Source: Podarcis vaucheri
Lineage: Eukaryota
NCBI GenBank assembly: GCA_965113315.1
Contig: OZ220377.1
Strand: one strand, 5' to 3'
Length of the DNA stretch: 64,000 bases
The translations under genes and the position numbers were made by a program. Below are positions 11,370-24,395 of this stretch, in pieces (positions within the stretch are counted from its first letter, which is position 1; every line of letters begins with the position of its first letter). The notes below the pieces were generated by a model. That model made no database searches. It had not been told where the DNA came from and saw nothing but the letters and a program-made list of their open reading frames with translations.

Positions 11370-12218
11370 CTGGTGTGAGAAAGAACAGCAAGCGTTAGTT
11401 GTGACCTCAGCACACTCTTGAGCAGGACAGAGACAGACTTTGGTGACAAGCTGAACTGGTTTCTTTAACTGGAATGGAACAACTTCACTGACCCTGCTCC
11501 TTACTGGGCTCATGGGAGTGGGTACAAGGTCTCCTTCACAAGCCCGGCAATATGGGCAAATGACTCCTTGGCTGGCCGGTGCAGTATTCTCTGCTCCCCA
11601 AGCACAGCAAAAGTTCACATCTGGATCTTAAGTAGAGCTTGCACATTCTTTGCTGCCTTTCAACAGGATTGCACCACTACCATGGCAAAGGAAATGAAAC
11701 CAGCTAGAGACTGGAAAAGCTCTATCTCAAAACACATCACAATCCAAAGGCACCAGTTGTTGTCTATGGAAGGAAAAAAATTCCTTCCACCCCTCTGTAA
11801 GTAATTACAGCTAGCAGGCAAAGAAAGACCACCACCTGCTGCTGAGCTTGGCTGCTACATGTCTGCTTCCTTTGTTATGACAACCCCAAGCATCAACCGA
11901 CTGAAAGCTGACGTTCTCTATGGCTGACTTTCCCCAAAACCTCTTTGTCAAAGTTTTGCTATGTCTAGGAACTTCACTGGCAACTGGTAAAAAGTTATTA
12001 ACCCCATCTCACCCTGCTGAGCAAATCCAACCATTTTCTGTCTTTGAGGAGAAGAAAGCAAATTTAAAAGCCAGCAGAGACAGGTAAACAGTGGTGAAGG
12101 CTGAGGATTAGCGATTTTGCCTAAGGTTTTCCCCATTAATCACGATGGGCATAATCTATTCTCCTAAGACTTCCAGGCTGGGCAGAGAGGGTGGAACAGG
12201 AACCTGTGGATTATTTAC

Positions 12219-13255
12219 CTGACTGAATCCAGTGGAAGCTTTTGTAGCTGCAGCTGGGGCTTGCCCCACAGCTGGCTGATGGTCCCCTGGTCTGTGCACT
12301 GGAGCTTGCTGGCTGCCAGCCAGAGCGTGCTGAGCAGCCATGAGCGGTGCTTCTCCCCATGTGCTGCTGCTGCTGGTGGTGACTGTGGTCGGCTGAGGAG
12401 GAATATTTGGGCTGACTACTCCAGGATCCGTTTCTGTTGCTGCTGTCTGGTTCTTTATCATCATGTATGCCAGGACGGTTGCAGCTGTTTTCTCCCCAGC
12501 AGTGACAGGAGGGAACTGGGCTTTGTCTGCTGTGCAGACAGGAAAGTGGAGCTTGCTGGCATGAATTTGGGTCTTGTCCAAAGGAAGGCAAGTGTGGAGA
12601 TGAGGGTTCTCCATGGGTATCTCTGCTGTAGGTGGTTCTGATTGAACTGCTCCTCTTGCACAGGGATGATGATGATGAGGTGGAGGTGGAGGGGGAGGAG
12701 GGGGAGGGTGTTTCTGGTCCTCAGGCGTAACAGAATGAGCAAGGTGGTGGTTGTCTCCCAACATACAAGGATGGAAGTGGGTGTGGTCCCAGCTCATGTT
12801 AGTGCCACTGTGAACATCTCCAGACATTTCAGGAGGGAGGAGGGGATGGTCCCGATTTCCAGGTGTGCCATGTAAGTGATTGCTGCCCTCAGGCATGCCA
12901 CTGATTTGAGGTGCCTGGTCTACAGGTAACCCACTTCTGTGGTGCTCTCCAAGTGCAGCTGCCTGAAAAGTGAGCTGGTTCTCTGGCAAAGCAGCATAGA
13001 GGTGGAGCTTTTCTGGAGTGATGCCAGAACACGGATGGAACATTTCTACAGTTCCTCCGCTTTCAGTCTCTGCCGCACCGGTACAGTCAGAATGAACATC
13101 TGGCTTCTTCTGGGACTGAGCAGAGGCTTGTTGGGCAGACTCTGCCAGGGCTAAGGCTAGAATGCGTGCAGCGTTTTTCGGAGGAGGAGGAGGAGGGACA
13201 ACAGAGACAGAATTGACTGGAACAGGATCCTGGGGGGAGTCGAGGGCAACTGCTC
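12219..13255 (-). CDS. ARHGAP32: ARHGAP32 coding exon (GAVALDSPQDPVPVNSVSVVPPPPPPKNAARILALALAESAQQAS...ASTGFSQ)
   Basis: Conserved PPPPPPKNxAR.LALALAESAQQAS motif. Acceptor cttcctcccactag|GA, donor CAG|gtaaat; 1037 nt, phase 1 to 0. Confidence 0.95.
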
Positions 13256-13963
13256 CTAGTGGGAGGAAGAGTAGAAAAACAAAAAGAAGAGAATGATTTA
13301 CTTTATCCTGTAAGGAGAGCGAGAAATTCCTATAGACCATTATAAAAAAATAGATTCTTCCAACATTTCACAGTGGCAACTCCTTGGCGTGACAAAGTGC
13401 ATCTTCTGTCATACATGCAAACAGGACAGCAGTTCGGCGTGAAAAGCGCAAGAGATTGTCTAAAGTTTCCTGTTGCATTCCTAGAGAGCTAGGCAGCAGA
13501 TAATGCAGAAAGAAAAGGTCAGAACCTTTTGATGGGATCTTGTGTACAATTTAATTTCAGGGTACTTTTGGCCAAAAAAAGGTCCCTTCTTCAAGTGTAG
13601 CCAGATTTATTTATTATTTATTATTTTTTTTAAAGTTAAAAATAAAAGAGTTTATCAGGTGGCATATTGATTTGCAAGGACTGCAAGAGATCATTTCATG
13701 TTATGAAAGAGTGGAAAGATATAGGGATATATAAAATATTCAAGCATATTTTTTTTGCGATGCAAGGAGGCCGCAGAGAAGCTTCGGGTTCCTTCAAAGC
13801 TTCCTATTAGGACCCGAGCAACCTCCACATGCTCTGGAAGACACGCACTCTGGATTTCTATTACCAGATTGTTTTCCCCCCTCTCTTTTTAAAGGCACGC
13901 AGAGAAGCGAGAGAGCTGGTCGCTTGTGAATTTAAAGAAAGAATGGAGGAAAGCACACTGTAC

Positions 13964-14842
13964 CTGGCTGTGTCTGTGCAGAAGGTACAGGCTTACTCTG
14001 GCTGCTGTTCAGGGGTTGCTCCACCTCTTCTAGAAGCTCCGGCTTCTTAGCATCTCCTTGACTCTGGAACTCCAGCTGGCATCCTTCGTTTGCTCTCCCC
14101 TCCGTGGCCTTCAAGGGGGACACTACCAGGTGGGGTGGGGACCTGCTTGTGGCTTCACTGGTGCCAGACATCCCTTTGGCCCAGTCTGGAGGACCTACAC
14201 TCCCTGCTCCCCCTCCGATGACAACATCCGGCATGTGGCTGGGCATGGTGAAGGAGATGGGCTCCAACAAACTCAGTGGCGGAGACTTGAATGGCTTTCG
14301 CCCCATCTTGGGGGAGAAGGCATGGGCGACATTTTCAGAGAAAGTTATGGGTTTGGACTGTTTCTCTTCTGTTGGGCTCAAGTCCAGAGTGAAGAAAGGA
14401 CTCATGGTCTTCTCCTGGTAGGGGGAAACTGGTTCTGAGCTGGTGGCGCTGCCAGGGGTGTGCGACTGGCTGCCCGAGTCTAGTTCCTTCTTAAAGGTGT
14501 TTTGCTTATCTTTGTTAAAGTCCACTGACTCCAGCAGGGAGGTGCTGCTGTCGAGACACTCAGACTCTGCCTTGGGTGGGCTGCACTGAAAAGACATGGG
14601 ATCAAAATCCAGGCTAGCCACACCAATCTCAGGTGGGCTCAGGTCAACATCTTCTGCTGACCTTGGAGAGATGAGGGCTGGGACGTGGATATGCCCCTCA
14701 TCCCCGTCACTCTCGTGGTCATGTGGCACGTTATCATAGGAATTGCAGCGGTTCCTGTTTCCCAGGAGCTCCCCATTAAAGGAAGCAGACAACGCATCAC
14801 TGCTAGACCTTGGTCTTCGGGGTCGAAACAGTTTAGATTCAC
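13964..14842 (-). CDS. ARHGAP32: ARHGAP32 coding exon (GESKLFRPRRPRSSSDALSASFNGE...SAQTQP)
   Basis: Motifs FRPRRPRSSSDALSASFNG and EDVDLSPPEIGVASLDFDPMSFQCSPPK. Acceptor ttctttgctag|GT, donor CCAG|gtacag; 879 nt, phase 1 to 1. Confidence 0.96.
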
Positions 14843-15180
14843 CTAGCAAAGAAGAGAGCAGATTCCCATTAATATAGTCATCAGTATATAAACTACAAGC
14901 AATGTTCTATTTTCTTCCACTTGTCTGTAACCAGAATAAAGACTGTGCTCAAAAGTTTGGTCCCAGAATCATTTCTTCCTTTGCCACACCCCAAACTATA
15001 TCCCAGTTATTCTTTCTAGAACTGCTGTGAAATTTTCTGGGCTGGTTTTCTGATGGTACAACAATTCCATGGAATTGCTGCTAAAATCAGTCAGACTGAT
15101 TTGGCTCATTAAGGAATGTATACAACTTCCCTCCTCCATCACAAAGGTGAATCAGACCAAAGACCTTTTTTCCATCTTAC

Positions 15181-15255
15181 CATCTATAGCATGTAAAGAC
15201 GAGAGGGACTCTTCACTCTTAGCTGAGCGCAGGGTCCCACTGTCTCCTCGCCCTC
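15181..15255 (-). CDS. ARHGAP32: ARHGAP32 coding exon (GGRGDSGTLRSAKSEESLSSLHAID)
   Basis: TLRSAKSEESL motif of the ARHGAP31/32/33 family. Acceptor ttttgttatccag|GA, donor GATG|gtaaga; 75 nt, phase 1 to 1. Missing from the ORF track. Confidence 0.95.
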
Positions 15256-15352
15256 CTGGATAACAAAAAATATTTTTATGCATTTAATAAATGCGAACAT
15301 ATTCTCAGACACAGATATTTGGGGACACTTTTTATTTTAAAAGTCCTTAGAA

Positions 15353-15602
15353 CAGGCGTAGGCAACCTAAGGCCCCGTGGGCTGGATGCGGCCCAATCGC
15401 CTTCTCAATCCGGCCCACAGACGGTCCAGGATTTTTACATGAGTAGAATGTGTCCTTTTATTTAAAATGCATCTCTGGGTTATTTGTGCGGCATAGGAAT
15501 TTGTTCATTCCCCCCTCCCCCCCCAAAAAATATCGTCTGGCCCACCACATGGTCTGAGGGACGGTGGACCGGCCCATGGCTGAAAAAGGTTGCTGACCAC
15601 TG
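15353..15602. mobile_element. hAT non-autonomous element (MITE)
   Basis: TIRs caggcgtaggcaacct / aggttgctgaccactg; 8-bp TSD ccttagaa (15345-15352, 15603-15610); same family as 52426-53045. Confidence 0.9.
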
Positions 15603-15783
15603 CCTTAGAACATTGAGGTGATCTGAATCACAGTATTGAACAGCTTTCAAACTGTTCAAGATTAAAACTACAAGTGTAGCTGCTCTTTGATTGACTTCCC
15701 TGCATTCCACATGAAGTCAAAGTTAACGTTGCAATAGTTTCTGGCTTAGAATCTCTACTGCCCTGGCTAAGAGGTCCACATAC

Positions 15784-15929
15784 CTGCAAGGGCTATTGCC
15801 TTCAATTCGGAGGGCTCACTTGGGTTGCGCTGCAGCTTCCGTTTGGAGAGAGAAGACGACTTCCCCAGGTTGAAAAAGGAGCGCCAGCTGCCAACAGGAG
15901 ATTTCTTCATCTTACTGGGTGGTCTCTTT
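15784..15929 (-). CDS. ARHGAP32: ARHGAP32 coding exon (RKRPPSKMKKSPVGSWRSFFNLGKSSSLSKRKLQRNPSEPSELKAIALA)
   Basis: SWRSFFNLGK motif. Acceptor tctcacttcag|A, donor GCAG|gtatgt; 146 nt, phase 2 to 1. Confidence 0.96.
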
Positions 15930-17819
15930 CTGAAGTGAGACAGCAAGAAGGAATTTGCACTTAACAGATTGTGAGAAATCTCTAATTGTGGCAAAGCATA
16001 CCTGGCTGCAAAAAGAAGAAGAAAATCATCTACGGTAGTAACTTTGCTGCACATCCCTTACAAAATAAAGGCAAACATAAAAAGCCACTAGATAGGTAGA
16101 TAGAGGCATATAAAGGTAGGGAGATAGTAAAGAATACCAGACTTTAAAACTGTGTCTGTGATCCAACTTGAGCAACTCAATGCTGACAGCACCCAATGCA
16201 AAAATGTCAGGTGAAGGACAGGTTGACAGAAGGATCTGCTTCCCTTACCCCTTCCTGCTCTTAGGCTCAGGTCTTTGGACAACCACAGCAAAGGCACCAC
16301 TACTGAAAAGACCCTATCCTGTCTCACTGTTGGGATTCCACCCCATCACCTTGATCTGTTATAAACAACCATGACCTTTTTCAGAAATATGGTATAAAAA
16401 TACTAAAGGTAAGTAAGAGCTGCTCTGCTGGATCAGAGCAAATGCCTATCTATTCCAGCAGTCTGTTTTCACAATGGCCACCCAGACACCCATTGTGAGA
16501 AGCCCACAAGCAGGACACAAAGGCAACGGTTAGATTCACACCCCAGGGATGTCACACACTTCCAAAGATATTGCTAGAAAGGGAGGGAGAAAGTGTCAGC
16601 TTTTTCCTTTTTTGGTAGCTGCCCATTCCATGTTTGGTGCCCTCTTATTTACAACAGAGGAGCAAACCAACCCCCAGTAGATTTGTGACCCATCAAGATT
16701 AGAGCTTCAAGTGCTGGCAAAATTCATGCAAGAGATTAATTTAAGGACTTTAAAGAGAGGCAAGCTTCTAAAAACCCCCATGCTTATGAACAGACCCCCC
16801 CACCTGCCACTCTATAACAGCCCCCCCTAGCAAGTGTACCAGGCAAGCAATGGGAGCAGTGGTGGTGGTGCACAAGCTGATTAACAATGTTTGCTCATGA
16901 AGCCCAAGGGTCTCTCAAGAACTCTCTCTCATGAGTTTTGTGCTAACAAACTGTTATGTAGGACATTAGGGAGATGGGAAGGGAGAAAATCCTTCCCCTC
17001 TTCTCTTTTCATGCACCCACCACTGCAGATCCAATCATCACTGACTGGCAAAGAAGTAAAACAATAGGAAGGGTGATTTGTGGGTAATGGGAAGGGCTTG
17101 TGTGTGTTTTTTTGTGTGTGTTTTTTGGGGGGAAGGGCTTGTGTTGATGGTAAAAGTAAGCAGTGATGGATTCTCAAATTAGCTCAGAAAAAAGGGAAAT
17201 TGGAAACCGGGGGGGGGGGGGTGGCTGAAAAAGGCTCAACAACAAGAATTTTCACCAGAGAAGAAACTACCCAACCAAACACAGCCATAGGCAGGGTAGC
17301 TCTGGAGGTGGGATGACTACACCCCCTGGGAGGGAAAAGGCTCTGAAGACCCTGCCAATCAAGTTCAGGGGGAGGCATTGTCCTGTCAAAAGAATGTTCT
17401 GCAACCTCCAATCCAGAAAGAGCTCTGAAAAGCTTGCCAATATTTAGGAAAAATCAACATCTAATTTATCAATCGACCACCAACCACTAATTGAATAAAA
17501 AAAGTTACAGAATATAAAATATACTCACTGAGTGGCATAAGCAAACAAACAAACAAACAGCAATCACAAACTGTCTAAAACTGACACACTTAGGAATCTT
17601 TCAACAAAACAGCCAACAAAGACTCTGGAGATTGACCAAGTATAAGGCAACTCCCCCCGCCCCCAGCAAACTCTGCTATTGATAATTTGAAAGTGATCAT
17701 TAGAAAGGCAATGCACAGCAGCCATACAGTCAGCTGCAACAATTCCCCTACGCAAGTCAGTCCTGTAGCTTAAAAGCAATAACAATGGGCACATGTCTTC
17801 TAAAGAAAACTGCCTCTAC

Positions 17820-18021
17820 CTTTCAGATGGGAAGTCTATGATTGTGTGGAATTTTCCCTGCAGAGCAGCAGGTCCTTCACCCACTTCAATGTACTTGCTG
17901 TCTGCCACGATTGGGGAGTTTATCTGGGCCTGAGTTCTTGCTTGTGCTTCCTCCAAGGTGAGCAGCTTTGTGGAGGGCGAAGACACCAGCAGGGATTTTG
18001 GCCGTGACAAGGAACTGTGAC
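17820..18021 (-). CDS. ARHGAP32: ARHGAP32 coding exon (GHSSLSRPKSLLVSSPSTKLLTLEEAQARTQAQ...GKFHTIIDFPSE)
   Basis: KLLTLEEAQAR and YIEVGEGPAALQGKFHT motifs. Acceptor ttttctggcag|GT, donor GAAAG|gtagag; 202 nt, phase 1 to 2. Confidence 0.96.
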
Positions 18022-19514
18022 CTGCCAGAAAAATGCAAAACAAGGGCAGATGAAGATAAGGCACCAGGGGAAGAAGCAACGACAAACCTGTGCAGCAGTT
18101 CAGGAGAGAGGTTTGTAGAGTACAGCACTTTGTTCCCTACATCCACACCAAAACAGAACATATGATTGTTTGGTACTTTGAAAGCACGAAAACAAGATGA
18201 ATACAGGACCACAGTTGCATTACGAAACTTGCTTGTAGAATGAGAATAGGTTTGGTATGAGTTTAAGATCAGTTGATTTTTTAATGTTATTTTCCCTGCC
18301 CTTTAGATGACGCTTTAGTAGGAATAAGACTGGACTGACAACTTGCTTTTAAAGCCATAGCAAACTGGAAATTTGAAGCTCTCCATTTGCTTCAAACACA
18401 TTCGGTCAGCCTACATGCCTCCCAAATGCAAACTGCTTAATGGACGTTGAATGCTCCTTGTCACATCACACAGTAAACGTGTGTGTGCAAGTTTTATCCA
18501 CAAATTAAACCTAAGCCAGTACAATAATCAGGACAATTATATGAATTTCCACAGTCCATTTTCAAGACTAACGAGCATGCCAACTACTTTGTTTTCCAGA
18601 AGAGAGATTGCTTGGATAACTGAAAGCAGGACCTGCTAGAGATGAGTTAGGAAAGTCTGTGTGCAGGAGTCATGCTGGGCCCAGACGCAACCTCAGCCAA
18701 CGAATCCTTTGATGGCGACCCAGACCTTCCAATGATTGACAACTCAGGTGAGTAGACAGAGCTCTCTGAAGCAAGCACTGATGCCACCTCCAGGGGATGC
18801 TCTCAAATAATCCTTGGGTTGGGTTGCCGACAGAAGAACCCCTGGCTGACTCAAACCTGAAAGCCCAATGTTGCTGCATGATTCTTGAGTAAAGGGCTTG
18901 TAAGCAGCAACACTTCTCAAGTGTAGAACGAATTCCGACACCTGCAGTTGGGAGGCCAGGATGCATCAGGCTGTGGTTGGAGCCAGTTGCTAGAAGCATT
19001 GCCATGTTGTGCAGTTTTCCCTACCCCTTGCCTTGCCCTGGCCTGCTTTCTTCTGGACCTCCTTAGTTGCCACCCTTTCAACTCCTGTATAATAATGCTA
19101 CCTGCTATTAATTACTGGTTATCTTAAAGTTATTATTCTCTGCCTGTTTTCCAGCTTTTGCCAAGGGAAACAAAACTCGACACAATACCCTAGAGAGAAT
19201 GTAAAACCAGAAGAGTATACGTCATGTGAAGCAAAAATTTGTCATGAAAGCTTTTAGAATTTAAAGCGCTATGATCAGCATGGATCATGACAGTTAACAG
19301 GGGTCACCTTCCTATGCTTCCATTTTATAAATTTGTTAAGCATCATTAGCTCGCAGTGTAGGGAGGGATAATAAGAGACAACAAAAAGCCCGCATTTCTT
19401 CATTTAGGCAGTGAAGTATGAAAATGACACACTTTGATGCCGCTCTATACATATTTTGCAAATTTTGGAACTCTTTGAATTTTAACCTGCTGTCTCTTCC
19501 CTGGGGAAACATAC

Positions 19515-19660
19515 CTGCACTTTCTCGAATCACAGAGCTTAGTTTGGAGCTAAAAAGGACATCCACATGATTGAGAATGAATTCCACAACCACTGACTGA
19601 ATTCGCACCTCCATAAAAGCAGCCGTTCCACTGAAGCAAGCAGATTCTATCTGCTTTGAT
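19515..19660 (-). CDS. ARHGAP32: ARHGAP32 coding exon, end of RhoGAP domain (SKQIESACFSGTAAFMEVRIQSVVVEFILNHVDVLFSSKLSSVIRESA)
   Basis: RhoGAP C-terminal helix. Acceptor ttttccttag|A, donor GCAG|gtatgt; 146 nt, phase 2 to 1. Confidence 0.96.
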
Positions 19661-20180
19661 CTAAGGAAAAACATGAGAGATGAGATGTTAGCAACAACCA
19701 AGCAGGGGGAACTCTGGATCAGCAGAATAACTTGATGTACAACACAACAGGCTTCTCTCCTTCTTGCACAAGGACAAACATTGTTTGGTGACTCCCATTC
19801 ACAAAGAAGGCTACTTTCTTTGAAACTGCTGTCCTGGTTCTTTCTGAACTCCTTTGCTCTAATTAGCAATGTTCATACAGTGCCCAAACTGCTCTGCAAA
19901 AAACTTTAAACACTGCAGGTGGAGAAAGTTATTTGTCTAGGTGAGAATGGAAAGATGCTAATGGATTCATGAACTCTCCAGCTACTAACAGGGAAGCAAA
20001 CTTATCCTTGCAATAAAAGACTGGAAAAGGGGGGTATTTCCAATGATGGAAAGACAAACTGTAAAAGTCTAAAAAGCAGCCGCACTGTGCACACATTGCT
20101 GCAGAGCCTAGGGCCTCTGGCTTGCACACCCTCTCCTACTGCATGTTGACGCTATGTGAGATGGTGATGTATGTATTAAA

Positions 20181-20327
20181 AGCTTAGTTCGTTAGAGTGT
20201 GGTGCTGATAATGCCAAGGTTGCAGGTTTGATCCCTATATGGGACAACTGCATATTCCTGCATTGCAGGGGGTTGGACTAAATGATCCTCAGGGTCCCTT
20301 CCAACTCTATGAGTCTATGAATCTATG
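20181..20327 (+). mobile_element. tRNA-derived SINE with CR1-like tail
   Basis: Head agcttagttcgttagagtgtggtgctgataatgccaaggttgcaggtttgatccc plus tail ggggttggactaaatgatcctcagggtcccttccaactctatgagtctatga. Confidence 0.8.
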
Positions 20328-21145
20328 TAAACTCCTATGTGAATACAGTGTTCCCCACTTGCACAATCTGTCCCTTGCAAAGGAGGGCTGCATAGTTCAC
20401 CTGAGGGCTTGCTTCCATATATATTTTAAAAGGTGTAAGCTGTATGCCTGAGCCTACATGCTGAACCAGCTCTCAGCAACACGTATTGTAATGGAGGCTG
20501 GCAAGCCATCCCTCAAGACAGTGCAAACCAAGAGGGAAATCCAAGTCTTGCAAGGTAAACGCAGGCAAGTACCTTTTATTAATGTTGCTCACAGGTTGGA
20601 GCATTCAATGAGCTTAAAAAAATATCCTATTCAGCCCTGCCTTACAGGATGCAAGTGAATCTGATTAGCTGCCCAACTGGCTGGAGGGCCAGCTGACATG
20701 ATCATTGGCTAGGAGGCAGCTCTGCTGGCAAACTCTTGTTCCTCATCCTCGGGGGAACAAGGAGTAGTATGGGAAGTCATTCTCTCTTTGCCCCCTCAGT
20801 TTCCTGGGTTGCGCTAGCAATCTTCTCTTCTCTCCAATCACCTGACATTTCCTGCACAATGCATCTAACTGGGCTGAGGGCACATGTCTCCCTGTCCAGC
20901 TTAGCCGTGCTCCCCAGAGTCCCAGGGACATCTCTGTGTATGACTCCAGATTCTTCTTCACCCACTGCTTTGTTTCATGTGTACAAAAAGGTCCAATGTT
21001 GAACATGCAAGGTTCCATCAAAATCAAGAAGACCAAAGCCCCCTCCACCACCATCGTTCAGCTCAGCAGGTCCTGGATGCTGTAAACGAAACATAAGGCT
21101 ATCCTGGCTAAGATACCTCATCTTCAATCAAATAAAAAAAGGTAC

Positions 21146-21253
21146 CTCAGCAGATTTGGTGCCCAGACAATCGCTAAGTTCTTTGTGTGCATGTTGGTGA
21201 TGGCACAGTAATCAGCGAGGTGAGCCAAATGCCTCATTAGGAACTCCAGAGTC
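21146..21253 (-). CDS. ARHGAP32: ARHGAP32 RhoGAP exon (TLEFLMRHLAHLADYCAITNMHTKNLAIVWAPNLLR)
   Basis: Canonical RhoGAP NM..KNLAIVWAPNLL motif. Acceptor cttcattttccag|G, donor CTGAG|gtacct; 108 nt, phase 2 to 2. Missing from the ORF track. Confidence 0.96.
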
Positions 21254-21310
21254 CTGGAAAATGAAGGAGAGCTGTTAGTGGTGAAAGCAAGAGTATCACA
21301 CAAGTTAGTA

Positions 21311-21532
21311 CAGTGGTACCTCGGGTTACATACGCTTCAGGTTACAGACTCCGCTAACCCAGAAATAGTACCTCGGGTTAAGAACTTTGCTTCAGGATGA
21401 GAACAGAAATTGTGCTCCGGCGGAGCGGCAGCAGCAGGAGGCCCCATTAGCTAAATGATGCTTCAGGTTAAGAACAGTTTCAGGTTAAGAACGGACCTCC
21501 GGAACGACTAAGTACTTAACCTGAGGTACCAC
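21311..21532 (+). mobile_element. Tc1/mariner (Tigger-like) MITE, right end altered
   Basis: TA|cagtggtacctc left TIR; body nearly identical to the copies at 47461, 52603 and 62261; right TIR ends gaggtaccac without the final tg-TA. Strand marks relative orientation only. Confidence 0.88.
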
Positions 21533-23447
21533 CTCAGGTTATTGTCCTACACTTTGCAAAACAGAAAAAAAGAATGGCATTGATATGGATTTGTTTAGCA
21601 GCAAACTGAAGTGCTATAAAAATGTGCCCTGAACAAGGCCCAATATTCTGAAAAGTCCATTGACCCACAAGCCTTACTGGGCTTGCCAGAGGTCCCAGTA
21701 TGGCTGGTGAGACCACTTCCCCAAAGCCATGCTCATCTGCTCCGCACCTCACTGCATTGTGGCAGAAAGGTTGTTAATTTATTCCATCAACCAGGCTTCA
21801 GGGAAATTTTACGGAAGCTTCATCATCTCTGGTGGCCACTAGAGGGAGCGTTTGCAATATTCATCCAGCTAAAGTGTTGAGAAAGGAATACTGACAACCA
21901 GGTTCTTCTTCTGTGCTTGGATCATAATTAACAGAAATGTTTAACTGGGAATTTGAAGGTCTATAGTCTGTTGAAGAATAATGTGGTAGAGGGTCCAGGG
22001 ATACAACCACACGCAGCCACAGGGTGTCTTGATGATCCGACTTCAGAATAAAACGAGTACACCCCAGGTTACAGCACATACACTGAAGGCTCAAACCTGG
22101 CCATGCAAGGGGGGAACTTAGGCATATTATTGATTATAGGTTTCCTATAAAATACAATGCTATGTGTAGTGGTGGTGGAGGGTAATTCTCTGCTATCTTG
22201 GTCTATGAGGTTATTAGGAGCAGAGCAAGGAGGCCAGCGGCCCGTAATGAGCCACAGCAACAACTATCCTCAGTTCATTCTAAGGGGGCTTCAGCATGCC
22301 AAGACCTCCCAAGAAAACCACAGACACCCTAGGGAAAAATTGAATCTTCTCCTGTTCACATTAAGATGTGTACATTGTATAACAAAGGAGGAACCAGCTT
22401 CTCGTATGGAACACAGAAATGGCCTGGTGCCTTCTCCAAGTTACCAGGAATGATTTCTGTTTTACTGTATCTCCACCGCCACCACCACAGATCCTCCATG
22501 TCCACAGATGCTAAAAGCAGACAAGTGCTGTAAGCCTCGCCAGAGAAAGCCTTGAAAGGTTTTGCAGGCTTCCCAACCACTTTCCTGACTCATTTTTGCC
22601 AGCATTCCCTACTGCCCTTAATGTGGGTTGCACTGAAGCTCTACTCAGTGAGCTGTCCTCGTTCCCTGCTGGCAGCTGAGCACATCTGCTGTCCCAGCTA
22701 TAGTCAGGCATATTTATGCTTACATTAGCATTTTATATAGTTCAACTTAACTGGCAATCAAATTTGCAGAATTTTGCCTAAAAGGCAAGATGCCATACCT
22801 ACATTTCTTGCAATTTCTTTCCATTTCACACCCTGGATTTTCTTGTTTCTACAGGGCCTCCTTCCTGCCTCCATTAAAATACCTTGCAGATCTAATGACC
22901 TCTCCTTTCCTTAACAAAATGAGACAGTTCTGCTATTACGGCCCCCATTCTTCGCCCCCTCCCACAGCATGCTTTTCATAATGTCAGCTACAATTATGCA
23001 GAATATATGTTGTTTGTCTTGTTACAGATCTAATTAAAGTCGAAGTCAACTTTATGCAGATACAAATCCTTCAGCATGCACCCAACCATTTAATTTGATA
23101 GATGCAAGAATAATGCTGCTTCAATATGCCAGCCATCTTAGGGGGTATAAATTGGAAAGCGAACAGAAAATGTCAACCTTCCTTTTAAGAATGATTATAT
23201 AATTGTACATTGAATGTGCAAAGCACTTTAGAAAGGAAGACATCAACTCAGGCCCCCACACATAATACAATGTGAATTTAGATTAGCGTGAATAGTCTTG
23301 GTCTGTCTCTGTGTCCCGGGAGAGGCAGAGGTGTGTTGCCAAAACTGCATGGAAAAGGGGGCATAGTCTTGCACAATCAAAGGCACCCAGCAGGGTATGA
23401 GAACATAAAAAAAGAATGTGCATTTAGAAAGAGCTGATGATGCAAAC

Positions 23448-23530
23448 CTGTAGTGAGGTGGGGGTAACTGCTGGATGACATCATGGATTTTGACTAATCG
23501 TTCTTCATCTGTAGCAGCAGACACAGCATC
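23448..23530 (-). CDS. ARHGAP32: ARHGAP32 RhoGAP exon (DAVSAATDEERLVKIHDVIQQLPPPHYR)
   Basis: IQQLPPPHYR motif. Acceptor ttcctttctag|GAT, donor TACAG|gtttgc; 83 nt, phase 0 to 2. Confidence 0.96.
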
Positions 23531-24250
23531 CTAGAAAGGAACAAAAGGAACAAACCTCAATGCCATGCATTTGCTGCAGGGTGCCACCTATCTGGGTGGC
23601 TTCAGAACACTGTCCTGCTAGTATGGCAATCAGCATGGAAGTCACAGTTCAATGAGGCTGAGAATGAACGGACACTTTCAGTATCCAATGTAGCAAGCAT
23701 GGCGTTGCAAGGCAGGTATTGCTCCTACATTAGAATGCAACGATATTATTTATTGCTTTGGACTGCTACTGGTTAGGGAAGCGTATGTGCAGTTGTTCCC
23801 TATTTTAACCCTCACAACAGTACTGCAACAGAGACTGATTAGCCCAAGGTCACCCACTGAGCTACATCATTTGGTAGGGGATTTGAACCCTGGTCTCTTC
23901 AATCGAAGTTCATCTGGTGCACTGCACTGCTCTGACAACTGAGCATGCTTCCCTTTAAGGTTGAAAGAAATTGACCTATATCGTTGGAAATTCTAGATAT
24001 CCTTGAGACTTTCCCCCCAGATCCTGTTTTCAGGGGCACATCAAGCGCAAAAGATAAGGTCATGAGTTGCACCGGAAGAACTGTGAATGAATACTCATGT
24101 AACAATTATATACAGGAAGTGTGCCAGTTCTTTAGATGGGAGTTTAATTTAGCTACTGTTAAATGCAATGAAAAGGGGAGATATTTTTGAAGTGTGACTC
24201 ACACTAATGCTGCCCAGGCAGTAAAAATAGGAGTCCCGTCTTGCACTTAC

Positions 24251-24395
24251 TGAAAATTTCTCATAGAGCTGATAGGTGAGCAGAGGATTTGGGAGTTCTC
24301 GGAAATAGAGCTTACAGAGCGAGCCCACACAATGTATATCCTGAATGTATACATCTTTTGTCAAGTCAGGGATTTGCTCAGAGTCAAACTCATGC
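24251..24395 (-). CDS. ARHGAP32: ARHGAP32 RhoGAP exon (HEFDSEQIPDLTKDVYIQDIHCVGSLCKLYFRELPNPLLTYQLYEKFS)
   Basis: RhoGAP KLYFRELPNPLL motif. Acceptor tttgtctccag|G, donor TCA|gtaagt; 145 nt, phase 2 to 0. Confidence 0.97.

Noticed and set aside
11370-11618. 83-codon upstream extension of the 831-aa ORF
   Set aside because: Recalled ARHGAP32 similarity starts at the phase-0 acceptor at 11369 and the extension is intronic. An in-frame alternative acceptor at 11468 is possible but unsupported.
20181-20250. tRNA-like sequences (also near 45250-45314, 46950-47019 and 57174-57240)
   Set aside because: Degenerate SINE heads fused to LINE-derived tails, not intact cloverleaf tRNA genes.
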